From: the human T2T-CHM13v2.0 reference genome, Homo sapiens
Length of the DNA stretch: 64,000 nt
Assembly (NCBI RefSeq): GCF_009914755.1
Contig: NC_060936.1
Strand: one strand, 5' to 3'
Shown: one piece after another, positions 49,462 through 62,420 of the stretch
Position numbering within the stretch: position 1 is the first letter of the stretch
Layout: the number at the start of each line of letters is the position of its first letter
The notes under the pieces: model-generated
Told to the model about the DNA's origin: nothing
Databases searched by the model: none
Seen by the model: only the letters and a program-made list of their open reading frames with translations
Translations under genes and position numbers: made by a program

Positions 49462-51129
49462 CATTCAAGCCAGAACTGTTAAGAGAAACAATGGGTAATT
49501 TTCTGGCTTATACTTATTCTGGGTTCCAGAGAAGGTTGGTGTTCTGTTTCTACCTTCAGAATTGCATTGGCTATTTAATCTAAAAGCTTTGGTCAAACAA
49601 GCTGATTGTGGAGTTAACTGCTCTTCATTAAAGCTACTTAGAGCTTTTCCACTTCATATTATTAAGCTTCTGTGAAAATTTTGCTTTTGCCTGGTTTCAG
49701 AGAGTAAGTTATTTAAAAAAAAAAAATCTCTTCTTAGTTTTCACCGTACTCAACTATCAGTAGAATTTCACATACTTGATTGCTTCCTCCCTGATATTCT
49801 TTCTTTAAAAGAAACCCTCTCCCCACCCCAGATTATTATTATTATTTTTTTTTGCAGTGGTCCTTCTCAGCTTTCTTTTGTGGTTCCTTTTCCTTTTTCC
49901 ACCCCCTAAAGTTTGGAATACCCCAGTCCTTGTACCTCTTCTTATCTGTGCTTACTTCCTAGGCAATGTCTTCTGGTCTCATCTATGGGCTGCTAACAAT
50001 CACATTTATTTCTCTAGACCTAGCCTCTCCCCTGACTTCCAGCCTAAAGTATCTAACTGGATTCCTGACATTCCTACAATGATAGTTAATAGGCACTTTA
50101 CACTTAACATGACTCAAGCTGAAAGCCTAGTCTTTACTTCATGCAAGCTTCTCCCTCAGTATTATCATTATCGAATACATCTTACTAGTTGATTTTCATT
50201 TCATATTACCTATCCAATACATCTAGATAAATTTAGAGTATATCCAGATATTCTCTACCTTTTGAGGCCAGTTTAAGACCAGCTTGGGCAACATAGCAAG
50301 ACCCTATAGCTTACTTTTAAGGTAAAGATATATCTACCTTAAAAATAGCTGCCAACCCAAACTAAGCCATTTTCATTTCTCACCTGATTATTGTGATAGG
50401 CTCTTGACCAGTGTCCTTGTACCTGTCTCCTCATCCCCATAGTCTATTCTGCACACATTATTTAGAATGAATTTATAAAAATGTAAGTCTAACGATGTAA
50501 GTCTTTATGGCAAATTTTCAACTACCTATCTCACTCAGTAAAACGTGAAGGTTTCCCTGTGGTTCACAAGTTACTATGTGATGAGGCTCCCATGTACTCC
50601 TCCAAACTCACATCTTCCTATAGTTCTTTTTAGTGCCTGTTGCACCATAATACTGTTCTGCTTTAGCCAAGCATGAACAATGCAATCTACAAATGAAATC
50701 TTTTTATTTCTTTCTTTACAATCTGTATGCCTTTTATTTATTTTTCATGTTTTATTGCACTAAATAAAACTTCTATTGTGATATTCAATAAAAGTGGCAA
50801 GAGTGGCCACCTTGCCTTTTTTCTAATCTTAGGGAGAAAGCATTCAAATCTTTCCCCATTAAATATGAGGTTATCTGTAGTTTATTACAGATAGTCTTTA
50901 ACAAATTAAGGTAATTTCTCTTTTATTCCTAGGCTTCCAAGAGTTTTAATCATAAATGTTTGCTGAATTTTGCCAACTTCTTTTTTTAATCGATTGATAG
51001 AATTACATAAAGCTTTTTTATGTAAGTACAACTATTAATAAAACCCAGAATCAGAAGACTAAAAAGGACCCTGCCATCTATTGAAATGTTTAGACAAATT
51101 AATAACTATATGAGAAACAAAAACTATAT

Positions 51130-51797
51130 TGTAGCAGGATGAGCCGCAGACAAAACCTCTCAGACACCAAGTTGGAGAAGGAAGGACTTTATTCATCTGG
51201 GAGCATCGGCAAGCTACTGCCTCAAAATCTGAGCTCCCCGAATGCACAATTTCTGTTCCTTTTAAGGGCTCACAACACTAAAGATTTCACATGAAAGGGT
51301 CGTGATTGATTTGAGCAAGCAGGTGGTACATGATAGGGACTGCATGCACCGGTGGTCAGAGAGAAACAGAACAGGGCAGGGAGTTTCACAATGTTCTTCT
51401 ATACAATGTCTGGAATCTATGAATAACATCGGTTTCTAAGTTATGAGTTGATTTTTAACTAATTTTCAACTACCTATCTCACTCAGTAAAACGTGAAGGT
51501 TTCCCTGTGGTTCACAAGTTACTATATGATGAGGCTCCCATGTACTCCTCCAAACTCACATCTTCCTATAGTTCTTTTTAGTGCCTGTTGCACCATAATA
51601 CTGTTCTGCTTTAGCCAAGCATGAACAATGCAATCTACAAATGAAATCTGGTTTAGGCCAGGCAGGCCCAGGCCTGGTTTCGGGCCTGGTGCTGGGCTGC
51701 CTGTCTTTGGTTTTACTTTCTTGTTGTTTTTTTCTTAAAACAGGTACTGAGTATAAAACAATATAAAACAATATGAGAGGGTCTCTCTCTTCCCTCA
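51130..51797 (-). mobile_element. LTR2 (HERV-E/Harlequin 3' LTR) carrying a 189-bp foreign insert
   Basis: Minus strand TGAGGGAAGAGAGAGACCCTCTCATATTG...TCCTGCTACA; PPT at 51798-51809; AATAAA at 51193-51188. Confidence 0.88.
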
Positions 51798-51826
51798 TTT
51801 CCCCCATTTGAGACTCTCACTTTTTA

Positions 51827-53834
51827 TTAGGGGAAGTTCTCACTCTTATTTTTGCTACTTATGTCTTTTTGTGCAATAGATCGATAGTGATTTATATAGT
51901 ATGCTTGTGCTGAAGCATTTTGGTGAACTAAGGTAGCGACAAAGTTTTTTACCATTTGGAGAAATACAGGTGTCAGACAAGGGAGCAGTAAGCAAGTTCC
52001 TGTTACTATTATTACTCTTATTGGAAGAGTTTTAAATCTTCTTATTGCTGGGAACCAATTTCCAAACATGGCTCTTGGATTGAGTCCGTGCCACACTTGC
52101 ACGGGTACATGTGCCAGTTTTGTTATATCTTTAACTATGTCTTTAACTACTTGCCTTTGATTATCTATGTGTAGACAGTAATTAGTAAGGTTAAATTTCT
52201 TATAGACCTCTCTTTTAGCTGCTAGCAAGTAGTCGAGAGCCAATCTATTTGATAGATAGCATTTCTTCATAAGAGTCTCTTGCCGGGCAAAAACAGTCAA
52301 AGCTCAACTGGTTTTATTAGTAATAATTTCTAAAACAGCTTGTAACTGTATGATTCGGTTGAGCATGTAGATGGGGGTTTGATATCTTCATGAGCCATCT
52401 TGTGCATAAGTGGTGGGTCCATAGTATTGTATGATTTTTTCAGGAGGCCATTCATTATCTTTCTAATCACCTATGGCTATGCTTCTTTTTTCACGGGAAG
52501 CACAGACTGGGAAGCCCAGAAGTTCACCTGTTTTTATGGGCAGTAAGAAGAAAGATGGCTTAATGGTGCCAATTACACAGCTACCTGTCCACTGATCAGG
52601 CAGCTTAGCATAAGCTCTGTGTCCACATATCCAGTATAACCCAGTGGGGGCCATCCAGTCCTGGTGGAATTCTGGGTGGGCCTAAACAGCCTGCAGCTTT
52701 GGAAATTTACTGAATGGATTTCTTTCTGTGTAATTGGAACTCCACCATGTAACTGTTTTTGTGGTATCATTATACAGCTTTTGCCTAAGACAACTAAGCT
52801 GCCTTACAGGATGAGTGAATCCTTTTCCTTCTCTAGCTATACAATACTGTCTAATAATTGAGACTTTTAGAACTTAAAAATTGTCAGGGTGGTTCTTTTG
52901 GGCTGGAAATTCATCAGGAACTGGGTCTGTAGGAACTAATTCTCGGGCTACTTATGGCCATTGATCTCTTATTACAGTTTTTCTACAAACATAACATGAA
53001 GTGACATTTAGAGACTGGGCTACATGCTTGGCTAACTGCAAAAACAAATTTCCGGTTTTTCCTGGAGTCTCTGGTACTGGCACATTTAGTTTATCATAGA
53101 AAGTCTGAAATACTGGTTCTGGAGAGCATCTTTGAACCTCTCCTTCTATTAGGATATTTACACTAGGATCTAGTCCTTTTCTATCAATGTCTAATGTTAC
53201 ATATTTTCCTTTATTCTACTTTGGGTCTGAGGGATTTGTGATTATCAATTCTAAAGGGCTGCAGCTCCTCCTCATGCAGGAGGGGCTGACTTTTCCTTTT
53301 TTGGAGCCAAACAGGATCTTTTTTATCTTCTTTCTAAGTAGCCTAAATGAATGACACAAGACCAGTATTGACACATCTCACATAAATATGATTCTTGACA
53401 GATGTACTTATTTTCTGCTGCGTAACTTTTTTTCTAATCTAGAGAACCGCATCTTAACCTATGCTGTTTACTATTAATAGCAGCACAGGCATCAAATTTT
53501 AAGGTTACATTTTTGGGGACCCCTTTTCTTCTGTTCTAGCTATTACTTTACTTGCGTCACTTAGAGAATGACTAGTTCTTAGTCTTACTTCAAGGACTGT
53601 GATCATGGGAGGTTCAAAGGGGTCATAGCACACATCGGGCTGGTCACTTCCTGGATTACATACTTTGTACTGGGTGTTACTATACAAAGTTTCTCTTTGG
53701 AGTCCCTAGGCATTCATAATAGCTATAAAATAAAAAGATTGTCTTAACTTGTCCTACCTCAGTGACCTGATGTATGCACTGAAGGCAGCCCTCTGTGTGG
53801 GAAGAAGTATTGGAAGCTTTTACCACACAGGTCT
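51827..53834 (-). pseudogene. Disrupted HERV-E/Harlequin env; gag-pol and 5' LTR absent
   Basis: CIHQVTEVGQ, GLYWICGHRAY, furin site REKR, immunosuppressive domain NRLALDYLLAA and TM anchor; several stops and frameshifts. Confidence 0.9.
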
Positions 53835-55327
53835 AGCTCTCATTCACAAATTTTTGGGTTTTTCCTCCTCTACCTCCAGCATCCACTCTCCCAGCTGACA
53901 CTCCAGAGGTCCAGTTGCCATCCCCACCCACTGCTGAGCTCTCTCCAGTTCTCGCCTTTATTCTGTCTTCTTATCCTGACCTCTCTTTGGAGGCCTTTCA
54001 TCATTGGTTCCGATATTGGCTCTGACTCTCCCTCACCATCTCAGTTTTTCTCATTTTCTCATAACGTCACACTGGGTCCGGTTCCTGCAGTGCTCCTTTT
54101 ACTCACATCATTGGCCTCCTCTCTGCCATCACAGGCCCCTCTCACATTGGCCTGCACATTTTCACTACTTTTTTCCCTCCTGCCCACAAATTGCCTTGTA
54201 TCTTCTGCCTTCAAAGACTTTCTGGCCCCTGGTTTCCACTCATCCATCATGTGTTCTTAGTTCACCTTCACAGTTGACTTTCTTATCTTGGTTACCAGGG
54301 CCTTCTCTGCCATGAGTCCTTGCTCCCCACATCTCCTTTCTGGCTCACTCTCACCACTGTGTTTCTGCCTTCCCAGCCCTTTGCATGACTGAATTTCATG
54401 TTCTTGTGGGACTGTCTTCTGCCCTCACAACTTGCCTTTTCCATGCTTTTCCTGGAGCAGGAAGGCCCAGGATCCTGTTCCTATATCTGTGTCTCACTCT
54501 GTCTCTGGACACCTTCTCTCATAGTATTGTCTTCTCGCCAAACTTGGTCATCTCCATTTATCCCACTGATTCATTTTTCTTTTATCTGCTATCACCAATC
54601 ACTCTTCCTCATCCTCCTTAGACTTCACTGTATCTCCGACTAACACTAACTCGGACTCAAACAGGGCACTGCAACTTGATGAACACTGTCCCAGAGAGTT
54701 TATCTCCAGATAATTCTATTGATTGGTCTTGAATTTCCCAATAACCTGGAAATTGATTGTCTACTTCAGCCATCTCCTGGCGGCTGGTGGCTGCCACGAA
54801 CTTGTCCCATTCCTCTTGCTCAAGCTGGGATATCAAACAAGAGCTTTGTTCTCTTCATCAGAGGCCTCTTCCTAAGAAGACCCCAGAGACAGACATATGG
54901 ATGCCTGTAGCCTCTGTCTCCTCAGCACTGAAGTCTAGGAACTTCTATATGCATATGTCAAAAAAGATTGGATTTCTAGATTTGAGAGGAGAAAGAAAAT
55001 AATGAGATATCATTCCCAAAACATTTGAGGCAAAACTACTGAATGGATTATTATGGGACCATCCTAGAATCACTTGCTAGACTCCATCTTAGAATCACAT
55101 GAGAAGTAAACCACACCCCCACGTCCTTCTGTGAACGGGATGTAAACCAGAGCACTGACACAGCTCCAGCAGGGTCTGAATCCTAAGAACTTGGTGAACC
55201 ATTAGCAGCATGAACGATGTCAAGTATTCTAGTGTCCATCCCTCTACCCAGCAAGTCCTGGAGGATTATTGTTCCTGGAAGTATTTCTGTGTTTTAAAAT
55301 AGCTTAGTTTGAAAATTAGTTCAACAA

Positions 55328-55490
55328 GACTGGGTGCGGTGGCTCATGCCTGTAATCCTAGCGCTTTGGGAGGCGGAGGCGGGCAGATCACGAGGTCGGG
55401 AGACTGAGACCCTCCTGGCTAACACGGTGAAACCCCGTCTGTACTAAAAATACAAAAACTTAGCTGGGCGTTGTGGCACGCACCTATAAT
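55328..55490 (+). mobile_element. 3'-truncated Alu (left arm plus about 30 nt of right arm, no tail)
   Basis: Alu sequence stops after gcacgcacctataat. Confidence 0.85.
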
Positions 55491-56726
55491 GATGATGGCC
55501 GTAATGAGCAGAAACCCCGTAGTAGTCCAGGCAATTATGTCAGAGAGACAACCTACTGCATATGTTCTAAGACAGGTTTTCCCCCAGTGCTAACGTTTTG
55601 GAATTGGAAACGTCTTATCAATGACTTGCAGTAGTTTAATTGGCAACTTTATTTTTGCTTTCTAATTGATATTAATCTTACACCTTATAATTGAAAGGAC
55701 CTTAGATTCAATAAAAGAAGTAAATATTTATCTTGTTTAAGCTAGTTTTGCTTCTCAGTCACCTACAGCTGAATTCACTTAGCATATTAAGTTATATAGC
55801 TGTTTGCTGGAAAATAGTAATTAGGCATACAAGTGAGATAATAGCTTTCTTGCATGAATTACCTTTGTACTATGTTAAAAACAATCAGTTGACTATATTT
55901 GCCTGGGTCTATTTTGAGCCTTCTTTTCAGTTTCACTCATCTATATATCTCTCCTTTGACAATTCTACCCAATCTTAACGAACTTAGCTTTACAGTAAGA
56001 CCTGAAATTGAATAGTGGAAGTCTTCCATTCTGCTTGCTTTGGGTTTAGCTTGCTCTTCTTTTTCTGTTTTTTTTTCTTTAAGTAGATGCTTGCATTATA
56101 AATTCTACATTATCTCCTTTTCAAATATAAGCATTCAATATTATACATTTCCCTCTAAACTCTGCTTAAGCTAAAATCCATTAGTTTTGATGCTTTATAT
56201 TGTTATTTTTATTCAACTCAGAATACGTTTTAAAAATTTCCCCTGATTCTTCCTCTTTGGCCTATACATTATTTAAAAGTCTGTTGTTTAACTTCTAAAT
56301 ATTTAGGCATTTTCCAAGTATCTTTCTTTTATTAATTTCTAGTTTAATTTTATTATGATTTGAGATATACATTTTGTATGATATTTATATTTTCCACATT
56401 TGTAAATATTTTCAGATTTTTATGTCCCCAAATATGATCCACATGAACATTCATGTGCACTTGGAAAGAATGTACATTCCCTGTCGTATAGAGTTTCCAA
56501 TAATGTCAATTAAATCTAGTTGGTTGTTATTGTTGTTTAGTTCTTCTGTTTCCTTACTATTTTTTTTTTGTCTATTAGTTTAATTAGTTACTTAAAGAGG
56601 TGTTTACATCTCCAGCTACATTTGTGAGTTTGTCCATTTCCCCTTTCAGTTCTGCAGTCTTTCCCTTGGTGCATGCACGTTTATAATTGACCCTTGTTAT
56701 GGGCTGTGGGGCCCAGAGAGTGGAAT

Positions 56727-57126
56727 ATTATGGGCTGAATTGTACTACTCCAAAATTCATATTTTGAAGTCCTAATCGCCACTATCTCAGAATGTGACTG
56801 TATATGGAGACACAACCTTTAAAGATGTAATTAACTTACAGTGAGGCCATTGCGGTGGGCCCTAATCCAATCTGATAATGTCCTTACAAGAAGAAATTTG
56901 GATACACAGAGACATCAGAGATGTACACACATTGAAGAAATGCCATTTGAAGGTACAGCAAAAAGGTGATCAGCTGAAAACCAAGGAGAGATGCCTCAGA
57001 AGAAACCAAACCTGCCAACAACCTTGATCTTGGACTTCTAGGCTTTAGCTGTGAAAAATAAGTTTCTGTTGCTTTAGCTACCTAGTCTGTGATACTTTAT
57101 TGAAACAGCCCTAGCATATTAATACA
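56727..57126 (+). mobile_element. MLT1B-like MaLR LTR
   Basis: tattatgggctgaattgt...taataca with typical internal phrases. Confidence 0.75.
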
Positions 57127-57351
57127 ACTCCTTTATTATTATGGAATGTCCCTCCTTGTTCTCAAGAGTGTCTTGGGTTTTTTTGTGTGTGTCTTTTCAT
57201 ATACCTCTTACATGTTTGTTGAAAGTTGTACATCTTCATCTTGTGTAGGACAGTGGGAATTGAGTTAAAATGCTTTTGTACTTGGAAATGTGCACACAGG
57301 TCCTTCTCCTAGGTCTTTAATGTGGGCTTTGAGTTAATCATTAAGAGTTAG

Positions 57352-57945
<594 letters not shown>

Positions 57946-58540
57946 TAAAAAGAGTTGGTTTGGGTTTGTGATTTGTTCTTGCTGTGATTATCCTCATTGT
58001 TTCACACACTTTAAATTCCTGTAATGACAGCTGGTGTTTAATCTGGAGATTTGTTTGCCAGAAAAATGTCTTCTTCATCCTGGGCATTTTAGTTTCCATT
58101 TTCACAGTGCCTTGGAGAAGATTACTTGGCACATTCTTATTTCTCTTCTGTCTCTCTTCCAGCAGCATTCTCTTTTACTCCTTTTCTGAAAATGTTATCT
58201 TGGTAGTGCAAGGCAGTGAGTGGAAGGGGTGATGGCTGTTCTCACTATGACTCAGTCTTAGGCACTGAGTGAGTGCCTGTAATGTTAGTGCCTGGCCTGC
58301 TCAGGTCTCTGCCCCTACCCTGGATATAGTCGTTGGTCCAGTGTGTATTCCTGCCCCTCTTACAGGAGCAGATTTTGTGTCTTGGCACTTTCTCCCACCT
58401 GCAACGATGTTCCCCCAGTTCCCTAAGGGCAGAGATGTTTGTTGCCCTTCTCCCCAGCACACACAGTAGGTCTTTTAGTTTATTGTGTAGATAGCAGATA
58501 GGGGAGAAGGTACTCTGTGGAATTTCATGCCACCTCTGTA

Positions 58541-58954
<414 letters not shown>

Positions 58955-60824
58955 TAGCCTGGGAGAGGTGGTGGGATTTTCTAATTTCTGCAGACCCCAG
59001 GAGCTTCACACTGTTCTGCCACCCTACACTTATCCCTAATCCATCTTTCAATTATCCTGGCTGAATTCTTACTGGTATCTGGTGTTGGATTTGTCTATCC
59101 TAAATAAGCAAGGATGTGTTTCCTCTCTCTCGCATGTGCCTGTCACCATAGATTTTGGCCAGCTGGTTGTTCTACAGAGTTCATTCTTCAATGGATTTGA
59201 AAATGTTGAGAAGTTAATTTGGCTATTTTCCATTATAGAAGGGGTAGCAGCATTTCTTTGAGATATCTGCAACATGGAAATGAAAGCCACACATCTCCCT
59301 TACTTCTTTTTATGCCTCTTTCCCTGCCCCTCTGCCCTCCTTCTCCTTTTTCCTTCATACTTCTTATTTTATTTGCCATATGATGACACTTGGATACCCT
59401 AGATGGACTAATAATCCTTTTTTTTTTCCATTTTAACTTTAACTTACTTGAGAACTTGAGAATAATCGCTAGAAAATGATTTTATATTTATTGGAGTAAA
59501 TGTTCTTCTGTAACATATTTTATCTGTTTTTTACTTTTCTTTTTTGGGAGATGTTTAGAAAGGGACATGCTTATGCATAAATCATACACTAATTCCTTTT
59601 AGAGTCTTGTTTATTCTTGAAAGGGAACAATTGTGTCTGACTCATATATTTACTTAGGAATGATGTGAAGAGGTAAAGCTTAAACTGGAGGAAGTAAGTT
59701 TCCGTTAAAATGTGTTGTCTTAGATCACCGTTCTCCTAAATCTGGTTTACTGTTTGCTGAGAGACATGTTTTTCTGCATTTTCACATTTTTCCCTTTGAC
59801 TGTGAGCAGGAGATATATGAGATTCTTAGTGAAGTCATTCATTGCGCAATGGCTCCAAGCTATTATTTATTGTTGATTCTTTAGACAACACTCTTTTTAG
59901 ATGCTTTTTAGTTACTCCCTGCTTCCTCTTTCTTGTTCATTAAAATTTGCTCTAGAAGAACAAACAAAGGTCTCTTATCAATTCCTAATTCCATCCTTGA
60001 TTTGGCTCATAGTTTGCTGCGCCTGACAGAGCCTTACAGTTTGACATTTGGGGTAACACTAGTTTCACTGAAGATATTAATAGTTTACTTCTCTTTTAGT
60101 TTTTCTTGGTGTGGATTTCTGTGACACTCAAGAGGGACTTTTTCCCTCAGATGTCTCAACAGCTGCCCTTTTCTAAGTTCTTTCAGATGGCGCATGTTCA
60201 ACCAGGTTTGTAAAGCACTGCTAGCCACAGGGTTTGCAGAAACTGAGCTACTGACATAGCTTGTGATTCTAACATACTGAGCCCCATGAGAACCCTTATT
60301 TAATATTTGTAATTTAACATGTACATTGACCTTATCACTGAGAAGGTTTAAAATAGTGTCCAACCTCCATTCAGCAAAACTTCAATTTAAATTAAGGCAG
60401 AGTTAGCTAAATGTTAGCTATCCTCTGGAAATACTAAATCTAAGTAAGAGATACTGTTCTGCCTTCCCTTTCTCACAAAATCTTCCTTAATTTCAGCTGC
60501 TGTGATACCTGGCTACAGCCTTTATGAGCATTGCAATAAACATGTGTGCTGAGATCATATACTCAATTTCTTAAGTTTTAAAATGAAATCTGCTAAGAAG
60601 CAATGGTCCCTTGGAGAGAAGAGCTTGGTATAAAACATAAAATGAATTTCCCCTCCTCCTAGCCGGAAAAAAAAAAAACCTCAAAGGTAATCATGTAATT
60701 CAACAATTCATTCAACTAATATTTGTATAGTTAATAACACATGAAGTTGAAACTTCTTTTCACAGACTTTTGCCAAGTTTGTAGCACAAAAAATTCACTG
60801 CCAGTGTGGGGGATGCTGTCACCT

Positions 60825-61012
60825 CTAAATGTTAAATCTCACCATAGCAGTAATGTCTTGAATCACCATGAGATATGAATTGTTTATGGCACAGTCATTT
60901 TGACTTTTGTTCCAAGATTTCTTAGTTTCAGCAATCCAGTAACATTTTCCCTTATGCACCTTCCAGTCTTTGGCAGGACATGATTTATGGACAGTAGAAA
61001 AGTTGAAAGAAA
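60825..61012 (-). CDS. CLECL1: CLECL1 (DCAL-1) last coding exon: (V)SFNFSTVHKSCPAKDWKVHKGKCYWIAETKKSWNKSQNDCAINNSYLMVIQDITAMVRFNI*; upstream exon(s) lie beyond the window
   Basis: Minus-strand acceptor cctttcttccag|TT at 61013/61012; CPxxW..KCYW..W..S..C CTLD pattern; stop at 60827-60825; matches the recalled DCAL-1 C-terminus. Coding versus pseudogene status of this locus is debated. Confidence 0.9.
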
Positions 61013-61622
61013 CTGGAAGAAAGGAAGATAAGCAATTAAAATCAATGTAAAACTGTATCCTAATAATGTATACTAATTGAAGGGTCTCAAATTTGGTTAT
61101 ATTATGTGCTAAGCTTTCTTTGAAAAAAGTATGTGCTTTGTTCCAGGGTACATTTGAAAAAAAATTAAAAGAATTGAAGTCATGTGTATATTCATTAATT
61201 CATTCACTCATCCATCCTTTTTCCATTTAATTTATCCTTTTAAAAATATATCATGTTTTCTATAAGCCAGGAAATGCACCAGACACTAGGATAAAACAAT
61301 GAACATCCAAGCTTCAAGGAACTAAAAACTTTAAAGGAAGAATAGAAATTAGAAATTTTAATTAGTTGTCTACTAACACATCAGAAATGTTGGGAGTTTA
61401 TATCACACTAGTATAGTTATTCACAAGCAAAATTTGTGCTATAGGCAGTCCCCCAAAATCAAATAGGTTCATCTCTATTATCACACAAAACGATCTTGAC
61501 ATCTAAAAATGTGCTCTTAACAGCTAGTTCTAATTTATAATATTTCCCAGCAAATTTAGATGATGATACAGGGTATTCTAGATATACCAATAATTTAGTA
61601 TTCCTGTAAATAAATATTCTTT

Positions 61623-61667
61623 ACACACAGAGACAGACAGACACACACACACACGCACGCACACACA
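61623..61667. repeat. Compound (CA)n/(GACA)n microsatellite
   Basis: Seen directly. Confidence 0.85.
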
Positions 61668-62100
61668 TGACCTGAAGCCATTGAAGAGTGAACAAAGCCA
61701 GACAGATTCTAGAGGGGAGATGACACTTCAAAGAAGGTATGGCAGGGCAAAAGTTTATCATTTTTACAATTGTTAGCCTTAGGCCAATTGTAGTCCCATG
61801 TAGAGTGAGTAAAACATCATTAAAAAACCTGCAGCCTTTCTCACCTGAATAACCAGAGAACAGAGTTAAGAGAAACCACAGATGCTGAAAATGAAGAATC
61901 AATTCCATAAAATCAAAAACATAGAGGGGGTGCTCTAACTTGTGTGTACAATTTTTTTCCCCAAATCTCTGACTGATGCAAGCACAAGCCAGGTTATGGT
62001 AAGAACAAGACAACCGAACTGAGACTTGACCTGCTGCCCCAAAGATAGAGATTTAAATTTAAGTCCAACTACACCAATTGCTTGCTAAGGAAGGAAAATT

Positions 62101-62420
62101 GGCCAGGTGCAATGGCTCACGTCTGTGATCCCAACACTATGGGAGGCTGAGGCAAGCAGATTGCTTGAGGTCAGTTTGAGACCAATCTGGCCAACACGGC
62201 AAAATCCCATTTCTACAAAAAATAAAAAAAAATTAGCCAGTCATGGTGGTGTGTGCCTGTAACCCCAGCTACTCGGGAGGCTGAGGCAAGAGACTTGCTT
62301 GAGTCTGGGAGGTAAAGGTTGCAATGAGCCCAGATCATGTCACACTGCACTCCAGCCAGGGTGACAAAGCAACTCCATGAAAAAAAAAAAAAGAAAAAGA
62401 AAAAGAAAAAAAAAGAAAGG
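62101..62420 (+). mobile_element. Alu (J/S) inside an old L1M 5'/ORF1 remnant (about 61720-63460)
   Basis: Full dimer with a long A-rich tail; the flanks read as degraded L1M. Confidence 0.85.

Noticed and set aside
54790-54930. KRAB-B-like LISQLEQEEW
   Set aside because: No convincing KRAB-A box or C2H2 fingers nearby; too short to call a ZNF pseudogene.
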